Source: Tubiluchus corallicola (taxonomy: Eukaryota > Animalia > Priapulida). Taken from it: a stretch of DNA of 64,000 bases. The notes under the pieces were generated by a model, which was given only the letters and a program-made list of their open reading frames with translations, ran no database searches and was not told the origin of the DNA. Location: the NCBI GenBank assembly GCA_030141605.1, contig JAQGDQ010000597.1:62001-126000 (forward strand). Reading direction: 5' to 3'. A program made the translations under genes and the position numbers. Of this stretch, positions 12,661 to 25,600 are shown one piece after another. Positions within the stretch are counted from its first letter, which is position 1; each line of letters starts with the position of its first letter.

Positions 12661-15600
12661 CATCAGTGAATACACGGGCAGGTTGCAGTGTCATACCAAG
12701 GATTAATGTAAACGATACAAAGCTGTCTAATGCATCTAGGTGAATCACCAGGCATCCTCATTCTTGGAGAAGAGGTTACTGCTCACAAGTATTCTGGTAA
12801 AGACACTATACTTATTCATGTAGATGATATCACTGAATGAGTGGAAAATAAATAAGCACTTATTTTTTTAAATTAAAGTGACAATGAATTTTCTCTGCTT
12901 TCACAACAACAGACTTCGTGAGCTCAAAAGTTTCCAGAGAAGGTTCCTCCCATCATCGAAAATGGAATGCTCTTACTGAACTAATTCTAGTAAAAATTCA
13001 TTAATGTGCTGCATGCACAATACAACATGATTCAGTTTATTACTACTAAAGTCTGTCTTGCTGGAAGCCGACATTAAAAATCAATATTCGTGGAGACAGC
13101 CATGCAAAAACATAACTCATAATATTTACTGGGTGCAATAAGATGCAAAACTACATTGTTAAGCATAAACTAGTCTAATGAATGCACAAATAATTTAAAA
13201 ACCAAACTCGACGGCTGAATTGGTTATCAAATACCAAAAGACAAAGCACAACCCTAGCATCCCCAAAATCCATTGTCAAATATAGCTTGGATGCAGACAT
13301 TTTTAGAAATTTTTAACCAATTATCGCCAGAACTTGACAGCACTACCTTACACAATGAAAGAACTGTCTATTTTAATACATGGTTATTTATTTGTCTCGT
13401 TGTAACAGATGAAAGACAAAATTCAACCCCTACGGACAGTACTCACCTATAGAACATGTCAAATTCCTAAAATTACCACAGAAAGAATACCTATGTGCAA
13501 TCTACTTGCTAAGTCCCCAAACGATAAAGATCAGACCCTGCAAAATTTTAAGATAAAATCCTTTGATTTGCAGGAATGCCTGATTTTTTACATGCTGCTA
13601 TAAAAAGTGCACACTCGCTGTTACAAAATGCTAACGATTCCATCTGCTCTTTCCTGTAGGCAAATGATCCAGCAGAAGTTACCTTGAATTCCCCTGTTTG
13701 AGAAGCCATATACTTAAATATAACCTTCTACATGATTAATACGGCTTCTTAAAGAATATTTAAATGGGATTATAGATTATTCATATTGCATATTCATAAC
13801 TGCCAGAATTTTGAAATATAAATCATATCAAAGGCAAGGTAAAGGTAACATAAAGGTAAAGTAAAGTAATAAAAAAGGATCAGGATAAAGATAAAGAGGG
13901 TACTCAATAGAAGGTGCACAGCACAATGCAGTTCTATGCTCATAAGAAGTCATTATAGAAGAAAAGTTAATTTGATTGACCTCCCCAGGTCATTAATTCA
14001 CTATACAGTGGGTTTTGCAGGGGGATTGCCATACTAGAAAAGCAATAATTCATGACCACCAGCCTGCTCAAATTGATTAAGACTTTTTGGCATTGTCACC
14101 TTGATCTCAGACGTACTAAACCAAAAAGCAATGGGTGCCCAGACATATCCTGTGTCAAGTTTGGCCCGTTTTGATCGTATTGCGCAGACAGGTACTCACA
14201 CAAGTGCCCACATACATGTAGCCTCGACTAAACACCTTACTGTCAGTGAGGGTAATAACAACATTATGCAGTTTAACAGCAGTATGAATAAAATGCGCAG
14301 CATATGCAATTTTTCCTAAAGGTGTTTGAAATTCAAAAATTGATTTAGCAGCAACTCAGTCAGATAACCATTAGCATCTCTAAACAGTTCTATTCAATAT
14401 CATGCCAAACCAGCAGGATAACCAGGACAACAAGCAGCGCTAGATACTGTTCCAAGTTAAAAATCGACACAAACCAAACATTCGACCCACCAAAATACAA
14501 TGCATTATGATAATCATAATCAGCTTCATATTACCTAACCGACTAACACTCTGGTAACTAGAGAACCAAATAAAAATGTTGCCTACGAAATTAAAATTCA
14601 AAGCTGCTATATTTCTAAGGGGAATTAAAGAAGCCCTTGCTATTGGCCATGATTTCATTGATCTTCTCTGAAGGTCACTTTGGATGGCTTCACATGTATT
14701 ATTGATGAAACTTATTAAGTCTAGCAGCACTAGATCTATGCAAATCCTCTTACAAAACCTGTCACAGAAAACTGAATAATGACACACAAAAAAACACTTT
14801 GGGCTTGGATTTTCAAAATAGTAAAGCTGATTACAAGGAACTTTTTTGAAGCTAAACTAAGACAATCATAGACATAGCAAATCCGGTTGAATTGTAGAAC
14901 CTGGTTTGATAGTAATACGCTTTGAAAAAAATAATCATGTAAATTCAACTCAAAAAATGTGTAGGGAAGCTAAAGACGTTGTGACCTAGTGAGACCCATC
15001 TTTTCAAACGTATTTTGGTTGTAGATGCTCAATTCGAAGCACCAGACAGAATTGAATGTGTCTTGGAAGGTTTACCCCACATCAATGAGCCTTTTGGCAA
15101 TTCCAGCAATTTATAATGATCATGAAAAGGTCAACGGCTTAAGTGTGCCAGATAATACATTTGTGTACACCTGACAACATCTCCCAGCCCATAATATTGT
15201 AATAGTAACACTTTTAACAGCTGGCTAGAACCAAGTAAGGTCTGCGCAAAACAATAAAACAAACATATGCAGCAGACAGGTTTGGTTTACACACATGTCA
15301 CAACTATGCGTGCTCACAACGAAACTGTGAAAAGGCTTATTGTTTAGACGTTCACATGGTTTGACTTGTCTAGGCCGAGATCAGGGCTTGTTTTTTCCGC
15401 CAACGTGTAACCTAACATTTAATTTTAAAAGAAAGTTGTCTTTGCTTCGCTAACAAATTAGTTTTGGCAAAGATGCAAAATGATAATGTCTATAATGTTA
15501 AGACCTTTGAGTAAATAATAGCGTGTAAACATTTTGGATTATTAAACAAGCATATATATATATATATAAATGTTAATGTTTATGTTGTAGTTTAAGTCTT

Positions 15601-16259
15601 GTTAATGTTTAGTAAACTGCTCGAGAAGCCACTTTCAGTTCTGCTGTGGAGCTTAACTAACTTCTGCACAAAAAGCAGTCTCTCCTTTAAAAGGCAATGT
15701 GACCAGGAATGAGTTATAGCAAAGGAAATCTGGAAAGCAAGCTTTACATTGCTGTTGAAGGCTGTATACCAGCTAGCGCCAGGTCACTGCCTTCTTTAGA
15801 GGAATTACATTAAAGAAAAACAAGAACAAGTGCTAAAGTATAATATACAGAGCAACAATGCAACAATACACTTCCTAGAGAAAGAGTTCATCGGGTCTGT
15901 TTAAAACGCATCTCTAGACACATATTTATCTTTGCCTCTTCTTCAATAAGCAGGACGTTTGCATCGGCATCACAGGTATTATCATAACCCATTTACCTTT
16001 CTTCGAATCTGCATGCAAAGTTCTCAGAAGTTTTCTTATGGACCTGTCCAGGTACGGAATATAACAGCCCTATTACTAGTGTGACCAACAAACCAGGCTT
16101 GATTACACAGATTCTATGGGTGCAGCACTCAGGCAAAAATAGAGCAGTGAATGCAGAATACTGTGCTAAAATATTATAAATGGAGGGAAATCTAAAGTCT
16201 AAACAGACGACAATGTCATATCTTTTTAATCGATTTGGCATTCATTATTGAAAATATTC

Positions 16260-16388
16260 ATACAACAAAAATCATAGATGGATTCATGGATGTTTTTAAT
16301 GAATAATTCTAATTTTCTTCTTTAAAGAAAGAATAAAATAGAATTCTTCGTTAAAAACATCCATGAATCTGTCTATGATTTGTTGTAT
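16260..16388. repeat. Long imperfect palindrome (foldback or MITE-like, about 130 bp)
   Basis: ATACAACAAAAATCATAGATGGATTCATGGATGTTTTTAATGAATAATTCTA pairs with TAGAATTCTTCGTTAAAAACATCCATGAATCTGTCTATGATTTGTTGTAT. Confidence 0.85.
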
Positions 16389-18130
16389 TGGGAACTAAAC
16401 TTTATTTGCTAGTTAATGGGCTTTGCAGACTTTTACAGTTTCTTATGCTGTATCTGAAAATATTACAAAAAAGACAAATTCAAAAAAAACAAAACTTATA
16501 ACTATAACTTACAGGGATAGCTAATTTTAAGGAATATCTAAAAAATGCAAAACTAAGTTACGTCGTGAAGCAACACACAACTTTACTTATTTGAGAAGTC
16601 TGTGCTTGGTCAGAAGAAAATTAATAAAAAACAGTAATAAACACTTAAGCAACTTAATAAGAAGTACTGTACCTAATAATATGCACAATAATGTAACATT
16701 TATCACCGACCAGTGTATCTTATATTAAATTTTAAAATTTGACTTACATGTCCACCCTGACAAAGCTAGGAACCTAAATGCATTAAGCTCAGCAAACAAA
16801 AAAGCATGTTAAATTAAATCAAGTCAGACAGTTTTCACACAGCCCTTGGCATTACTAACAATAGTGGTAGTGGTAGTATACTTGCTACATTAGTTCAAAG
16901 AATTATAGAAATTCATTATACAGCAAACACTAAGCACAAAAACCTCAGTGGTGAACAGTCATACAATAACAATATTAACTAGATTATCTGTAAACAAAAT
17001 ACTCTGACAAATAACTTGGCGGAAGTGTAATAGAAGCTTCTGGATCAAATTTACGGGGATGGTCACTCTAATATTCAACGTACCTTGCAAATCTCACATT
17101 AGACGGCAGGGTATTTCAAACCTAAACACTGAACATGAAATATGCAAGCATCTGCAAAACCTTACAGTTAAATGCCTTTTCCACCACATGCCTGCATTGG
17201 AAAGGGCCAATATGGGGAAGAAAGTGCATAAGGAGTGATGTATATATACTGTAAATGGTGATCTGATCACTAGATCATCACTGGATCCAGCTATTTAAAA
17301 GCTGATATATTAAAGTTTGGCCTAGATCAAATTGTGTGCAGTTTTTTTTACCATTTCTCATAACTGCTAGCTTACACTAGTGATAAGCAATTTCAGGAAA
17401 GAATTTTATAATTGCCTGATTCATGCTCAAATCATCATTTACTGTGTATGTACTTGCCTATACTGTCTGCTGAAACTCTGAAATTAAAATACCGAGAATT
17501 TTGAGGCAATCAAGAATAGTGAAAGACACTGTGCAATTAATTTTACTAAAAGTGCTGGATGTTTATCCAAGAAATCAAATTCCAAAGAAAAAATGAGTCA
17601 GACAATTCTGACGCACTCAATCTAATTGCTAAATAACCCCAACACCACACAATTCTGACAGACTCAACTGAACTCTCAAATAAGTCCAACATTTTAAGAA
17701 TACCAAGTTTGCCACAAAACCCTAATGTCCAAAATACCACAAATGACATGTTTGTCTTAAGAAGAGAAATTCAGTGAACTATAGTGATTATTTTAGACTA
17801 CATTAATGCGGAAAGACTTATTAAGTACTAAGTAAGTAAAGTAGTATTAGTAAGCCATCATAATTCCTTCGTCCAAGTTAATTATGTACATAAATCTTTC
17901 AGATAACTACCGTCAGAATTCAGACAAACTTTTCCTATACAACTAAAATGCAACAGCACAAAAACGCTTTACTCATTTCTCCTTTTGTTTTATCCAGGCC
18001 TCGTTGTGTTGCGGTACATGCAAACCGCAGCGCAGTGGCCAAGAAAACAAAACATCACCAAACAATGACAAATTTCTGCAAGACAAAAAATGCACCAATA
18101 CTAAAAGCTTGCGAAAATTAAAATATGTAC

Positions 18131-18244
18131 CTCGTCTTGAAGTGTAGCACCTTCGAATTCACCTACATCTTCCAACGAAGAGCCATAGGAGGTTGATAAA
18201 TTAGGAACAGATCCGTTTAACGACGGAGACCTTACGGCCGCCAT
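18131..18244 (-). CDS. Candidate first coding exon of an unidentified gene (MAAVRSPSLNGSVPNLSTSYGSSLEDVGEFEGATLQDE)
   Basis: ATG in a good Kozak context (gtcATGG), 38 open codons ending at donor GAG|GTACAT, locally CpG-rich, with GGTCACATGACC and CGCCATCT motifs just upstream. No downstream exon could be joined with confidence. Confidence 0.4.
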
Positions 18245-19604
18245 GACTGTCTAACAAAAAACATCACGGGTCACATGACCAACTTTACGACCAAATCGTT
18301 TTCGCCATCTACCGAGTAAACAGCAAAACAAAATTGGCTTTTGCCAGTTTTCGTAAAATTCTGACGAGTCAAAAATGACTATTGAGAATATTGATATTTT
18401 TACATAAGTTGGATATGTGACACAATGGGGAGAATATTATAAGAACTACTTAAGTGTTATTACTGCGTACATCATTATACATAATGCACTGCTAAGTTTG
18501 TTTTTTTTTCAAATCCATTCTGTGGAACTCCAGTTACTATTTAAATAAACTAATTGGTAAATCTTTTGTCACAACTTCATTAATTACTGTAACTACTTAA
18601 AAATATAAACTAAGCTACAAAAAATTAATTGCTTCTGATGATTTGATCTTATTATAAGCTGTTGTTAACATTATTATTGTTATTGGGCTCAACCGACTAC
18701 TATAAATTATTCTTTTATTAAATTTTATACAAAATCTCCTAACATAATTTGACACACGACTAGCACATTTTACAGTCAAGCTTGGATGAATTCAATAAAA
18801 GCATTGTAAAGGTCTCACAAATTTATCATCAGTATTGATCTGTATTAACAAAATTGCACAAAGTAAAAATGTATTAATTAGCTTGCTGTATTCTTTACAT
18901 TGCAAAAGATTAGCAGCATTTTCGTCCAAATTTGCTCACATAATCACAGAGCACAAAGTTTAGTAAAAAATCACTAATAGTGGTTTCTTCTGTGATTATC
19001 TTTCTTCTGTAACACTAGCTTTGCTGTTTCACTCATAAACCTCCTAGCAGTAGCAAACAAGGCAAGGATTTTCAGGCTTTGTAAGAGTTCTACTAATCTA
19101 GAGCATTTTGTATAAAATATTGCATGCCTGACTATCTTCGAATGAGGTGCATAAGTAAAACAAATTTTGTGCGAGGAGATATATTAGTTATTTTAAGTTT
19201 GTGTAATGTACTATAATTGAAATTAAAGTGGACAAACTAATATGACATAGTAATAATGACATTAATATGTAATAGTCATAGTAATAACATGACATTTGAT
19301 AAGCCTAAACTGGTAATTAAAAAAAAAGTTGTGTGCAATTTTTGCCATCTTCCCTTTTAGCTATCAACAAAGTAAGTATAAAGCAACTGTCATAACTTTC
19401 TTCATATTTTTCATGGTACAGATACCATCAACAGAAGTTTGGTTCCTTCAATAATTTTGATCTCCTTACTGTTCTTCCTTCCTAAGAGATAAAAATGCTC
19501 TGCTGACTACCAGCACGAGAAAGATAAGAAACTTTATGCCGCACTTTCTGCATTTTTTCAATATTATTAAATGTATATTCACGCTGCAAAGTTTCCCAAA
19601 ACAA

Positions 19605-22600
19605 TCACAAGTCAGCTTCCTCCTTATTGGACTTTTTTTTCTTTTTCTTCTTGTGTTTACTAAAACTGTCAACATTATGTATAGCACCAACTCTGTCAAA
19701 ATCAATATCTACATGCTCGGAAGAATGTTTCTTCTTCTTGAATTCATTTTCAATGGCAGCATTGTGGTCAATGCTGATTCGCTCAACATTGTCCTTCTTT
19801 TTCTTCTTCTTTTTGTGTTTACTTTCATTGTTGACAGCGAGAGAGGCACTAGTTTGGTCGATATTTCCATCTACAAGCTCAAAAGAATGCTTCCTCTTTC
19901 TGTGTGTACTTTCACTATGGGTATTACATAAGGCACTAATTCTGTCCGAAGGTTCATTGACATCCTTAGACAGATGTTTCTTTTTCTTGTGCTTATGCTT
20001 ACTTTGACTATATGTGCTTTGTAAGACAACAGTTCCGTCATAATTTTCATTTTCATGCTCAAAACGTTTCTTCTTTTTCTTCATCTTCTTTTCTTCATCC
20101 GTCAAATGTTTGGCAGCAACACAACTGTCGTCAAGTGCAGCATCCGTTGACAACAAACTTAACGACGACTCACAGTCAGTTGATTTCTTGTTTCTTCCAT
20201 CATCTTCTACAAGCGTCACTGCAAAGAAAATATTCTTCTAAATAGGGAAAAGTGTTTTCCACATACAACAAATTTACCAAAGTACAAAATGTACAAAATG
20301 AATGAACTTTTCATCAATACTTTGAAATATTACTTTACATCAAGTTGTTAGCAAGTAGTGCTGAAGCAAAATCTCTGAAGACGAATCGAAGTCGTCTTCT
20401 TTTGAATCTTCTCTTTGAATCTTTTTTAAGATTGAAGCCATGAGGCCAAGTCAAGTCTTAGTCATTCAGACACGAGTCTGAATTGAGGTTCAAGTCTTTC
20501 GTGTTTTTCATGCTGGATTATAGAGGAACACAGTAAACAATTTTGAAATTTTGAATTTAATTCAAATCTGAATCATTCACATGCAAGTGAGAGTCGAGAA
20601 GCAACTTTTGTTTTTTGTTTTGCTGGAGTTACAGTCGAGTCGGAGTCAAAAAGTTAGACTCGACTCAGAATTCCGATTCCAGAACTCCAACACAGACGGG
20701 AAGTAAAAAAATTGGCACAAGGAGTGACACATGGTAGCTGCTCTATAGCAGTTATAGTACAAACAATAATTTTTCAAATCCCCATTGTAATTATGAAATC
20801 AATCCATGTGGGCAGATTAAACATTAGCTGTATCATGTGATACAATTATAATTTTGAAAATAAAAAGACTAATTGTGAACCATGGGATACTACCATCAAA
20901 CAGTTCCGAGTCACTAGTAATACTAAAAAATAGATTGACAAAACTAATTTGTTATTTCTGGGGTTTGTTATTACCTCGTCAACATTTTATTTGTTTCTTT
21001 CACTATAATTTTGTAAAGCACCTACAGTTTTGACAAATCACATTTTACCTACGACTAAAATAAAGATTTATCTTCACTTGCCTATCGGCCATCGCTGCTT
21101 CAAGTCGTCAGGTAACGTAAACAACTTTTGAGGCGGTATTTCGGGTAGTAACACCTCTGGCTCAGTAACTGCCTGTTGTATCGCAATCTCACCACAAAAT
21201 GCAGGTGCTGAAACAAAAAGTATTAATTTGTGATAAAGCAAAGTGCCAAAAACAGATTAGTGCAAATAAATAACAGCAACCATTTATTGTTATCAGCATT
21301 GACTGTAATAAAAAAGCAAATAAATTACAAGCTTTGATGTCCCCAAACTAAGGGCAAGAATTTCAAAACTATTTAACATGATTATACAAATAAATGTTTG
21401 ATTTAATGAAGCAAAACAAAATTCAAGCATGTAATATTAAAGCGAAATTTCGTCCTGTTAAAATAATAACCAAAAATACAGACCACAATACGGCATTACA
21501 ATTTCGCCTTAATGTATTTCGTATGCAGAAAAGTGACTTTTCATTAATGACACAACCAATAGAAAACGTCATTCTTTAGAGGCAATTGTCAGGTTTAGAA
21601 AACACAGAGTACATCACGAAATTACATTTAACAAATAGCAAACTCGAATGAATTAGCATACCCACCAACAACAAACTGCTTTAACTCTTTACTGGGGAGC
21701 ATCCAGTTCCATCCCTGATACTAAAGCAATAAATTGAAAGTATGTACATGTTGTGTATTAATGTGCCATATACATCTAAAGATTTGATACTCCTTAGTTA
21801 CCAATCAGTACAACCAATCAATACAATAGATAAGTTGCTATTAGAAACTGATAGAAATGTGCCAGCAAAAACAGAAACAGCACAAAAAAATCAGTAAAAT
21901 CAATCAAGACTCTGAGACACTAGTTGACAGGTCACATAGAGTGCATAACAAATGAAGTTAAGCAACATGGCACCTGATCAAAAAATGGATGTGCCTCATC
22001 TTAATAGTGGTGGGACTGGATTAATAGACTTAAACAATTATAATCGACCTGAGTTTTTGTTTCCAGTAACCAATAGAGCGCACAATAAACATAGACGTCA
22101 TTGTAATGAAATCAAGCAATATGGTACTACCATTGCACAGTAACTTATTGCCCTGATGATGCTGCTTATATGTGAAGGTTTCTCATAAGCACAAGTACAT
22201 AGTTTTTGCAAACAAAAATAAGTATGTATAAGCATGCAAATGACGACAACAGTTTTTTTTACTGTTTTGTAAACTCCAAAATAATAAAATGAACTCGTTG
22301 AAAACTTATTCTTCACTTTACACATGTTACTTTCTCTACCAACATTGTAATTAAAACAGCACTGGTTAAGATAACAAACCTGTTACATGTAAATTGATCA
22401 TAAAAATTTCAAAATTACTACTTTTGTCTGCTTGAAAACCGATAATTATCAATTATCAAATCGATTTCATACCTGATTAATCTACTATGAAAATGAAACA
22501 AACTTCCTACCAATATATTTAGGGTATTATCCTTGATAACTGTCAAAGTTCTTGCTACAATCATTCAACATTTAGCCACATCACTTCTGATGCGTGCTGG

Positions 22601-25600
22601 ATTCGGACTTGTGGTGCACAAAATTGTATGTAAAGCGTAAAAAATAAACAAAGAAATTGCTTGTTTCTAATATTGTTAAATACAAATCTGCAGGTTAATT
22701 ATTTACACAGGTTTCAGAAAAATGGGTAATTTCTAATATAGCTGCATTAAATGACATCAACTAACATAACTGCAAAAGCAATCAGAACCGCAATCAAAAC
22801 AAGATTCACTAACAGGAAAAACAGCGTCAAAAACAAAATTGTTAGTAAATTCGTGACACTAACACAAAACTGTTAGCTAATTTGCAAGAGAATTCCTTTC
22901 ACATAAAAAAGACAAAAATTTAGATATATGGAAAAAGCAGTAAACAAGAAGATCAACATCAACCACTAAAATTATCTTAGAAGGCGTTTAACTAAAGGTT
23001 CTAGAAATTAATTGATTCTTCGATTATTTGAGGAAGATTTTAGCTTGTTTAAAAGAAGAGCAACAGAATACTGTTTTACAACAACAACAACAGCAACAAC
23101 AATCTCCCAATTCTAGTCTTTATATTCCATACCTGGTCATTAGGTCCTTGGCTTGTTGTGATTTTATACAACTGCTCCTGCAAAAGTGAAACAAAAGTGA
23201 TCAAATTATTCAATGGAATAGTGATTTCAGGTTTATCTTTCAAATATCAAGTGAGGCACGATTTCTTTCCATACCCTGTTGTTAAATAACTCTGCATTAA
23301 ACTTCTGTTTTCAACACTTGCTCTTGGAGGTTTCATTGACCACTGTGATTCTGACTGGGAAGGATGTATTTACATGCGAACATGGCTAAGATAACTCTGT
23401 CAATTCAGGGGCTCATCTGAGGAAGTCAGCATTAATAATGAGCTAGGTTTCATCTTGCCACACACATCAACATTGTATACCCTGCTAGCAGCAAGCCGAA
23501 GTGCCGACAAAAAATGAAAGGTGACTTTCAGATGATGCCTCAGACTTATAATCTAAAAATATCTTTTCACAGATAATCATAGACAATTGGTAAAATATTT
23601 TCTGTGATTATGCATTAGCTTAGGAATTTAATTAACGGCCAAAAGTGTCGATGACGTCACGATTGCATACCCAAAAGCAGGAATCTTCTATATTTATGCA
23701 TCAAAACAAAACCACGAAGAAATCAACATCAACAATTAAGATTATCTTGGAAGGATTTTACTAAAAACCTCTTTATTTCAGGAATTAAGGATGATTTTTA
23801 GCATATTTAAAACAAGGAAAACATAATAGAACATTTTATAAAAAACATAAAATTAAATAATGTGCTGCTGTGTGACATCGACAATGAAATACTAAAACTC
23901 GAGAAATTCTAAGTTTACAATTTCAAACTGCAGGTCCATGTATTGATTTTTGAATTTTTGCATCATATTTTTATTTAGGTGGATTGTTGCGTGAACATGA
24001 CCTTCACTGTGTCAAAATGTTGCAGATCTTGTATGTGAATAAAAGCTATGTCTTTGCATAAGTGGGTGCTGGCTATTATTTCTGTTTTAAGAATTCATTT
24101 TGCCCATCATTAACTAATGATCAATGAATAACAAATGCTGACATTTTGCTGCATTGTGTTTTCCACTGCTAAAAAATTTAGTGATTGGCCACAAACTAGT
24201 GCACTTTTAATACTTGCAAATCTCATAATTATGATAAAAAATGTGCAAAAAGTTTTATTTAGCAACTCTCTTTGTCAATGACAAACTGATTTGAACTACT
24301 ACAGATTTGAGATGAAATGAAAAAACTCACAGATTTTGCAGGTCTCGCCTCCGTTTTGTTACTGCACTTCACCGTAACTGCCTCTCCTCCAATAAGTGGC
24401 ACTTCTGCCTCGTTCAGGAGGGAAACTAAATCTACCTAAAATAGAATGTATGCAAGTAATTAGCTAATCCTTTAGGGTTAAAAGAGCCCAGATATAAGCA
24501 AGAGACACATGGCCACCATGCTTTTGCACTTAGTGCTCCACGGCTGTGGAATCGCTAACCATTAACTATGCGTTAACTACCAACATCTAAAAAACTTTTA
24601 AAAAACACTTAAAAGCACAACTTTTTAGGCAGTATTGTGAATTATAGTTTTATTTGTACATTATTCAATTTTACGAAGACTTTTAAAATCTTATAAGGTT
24701 AGAACTATTTATAATTTGTATAATTTTGTGAAGTTTAAATTTTATAATGACTGTACATAATAGTAAATTGTAAAGCACAATGAAATCTCTGATGTGATGC
24801 ATCCTACAAGTAATAAATTATTATTATTGCTATTATTATTATTATTATCAGCTATTTACAGCAATTAAGATTAAGGCTTACATAAGTTAAAGACTTTTAG
24901 ATAAGTATGTTAACTTTGGCAAACATGTCTGACGAAGAATAAAAACACTAAATGTCATGCTTCTACAAAAAGTCACAAAAAGAAAGCGGTTCACTTGCTC
25001 TAAAAGAACCATTTGGCATTCAAAATAAATGGACATAATATTTTGTGTTTAACAGAGAACAAATGACTATCTCCTTTTTCAAAACCTAGTTATAAATTTG
25101 AACACATTAGAAGGAATTTGCTGAACAACAGAGCCAGAAAACGCGATGGAGTTCTAAAAAGCATAGGAAAATTTAAGCAGGAAAATAGCACCAACATTTT
25201 CTAATTGTTAGTAGTAGTAAATTTACTTAGCTATTTAAACTTAATACTATAGCTAAGATGTTGGTACATATTACTTATTACGATGAAAGACCATCACCCA
25301 GTCACATCTAATCGTTGTTTGAGGCGGGCCAAATAGTCGAGTTGTCTGTCATGCTTCATGAAACAGGTTGAGGTCTTTGTAATGAGCCAAACTCATGCCT
25401 TAATAACGAGCCTGACTGAAATCCTGATAAGGAACCAGGCTCGGGTCTTGATACGAAGCCAGAATCAGGTCTTGATAATGAGCCAGTCATAGGCCCTGAT
25501 AATGAGCCGGGCAAAGGCCCTGATAATGAGCCAGGTTCAGGTCTTGATAAGGAGCCAGGCTCAGAACATCAATGTTGAGTAGCTCCTGCCATTTTATGTT

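Noticed and set aside
17970-18075. Second exon of the candidate gene starting at 18244
   Set aside because: The acceptor is good, but the phase-0 join hits TGA after 6 codons.
19466-20245. Overlapping Phe/Leu-rich ORFs that resemble membrane proteins
   Set aside because: Antisense or alternate-frame shadows of the poly-Lys exon.
23400-23552. Additional POLR1G-like exon
   Set aside because: The frames I checked from the nearby acceptors hit stops before a good donor; the 45-nt exon 23177-23133 fits cleanly instead.
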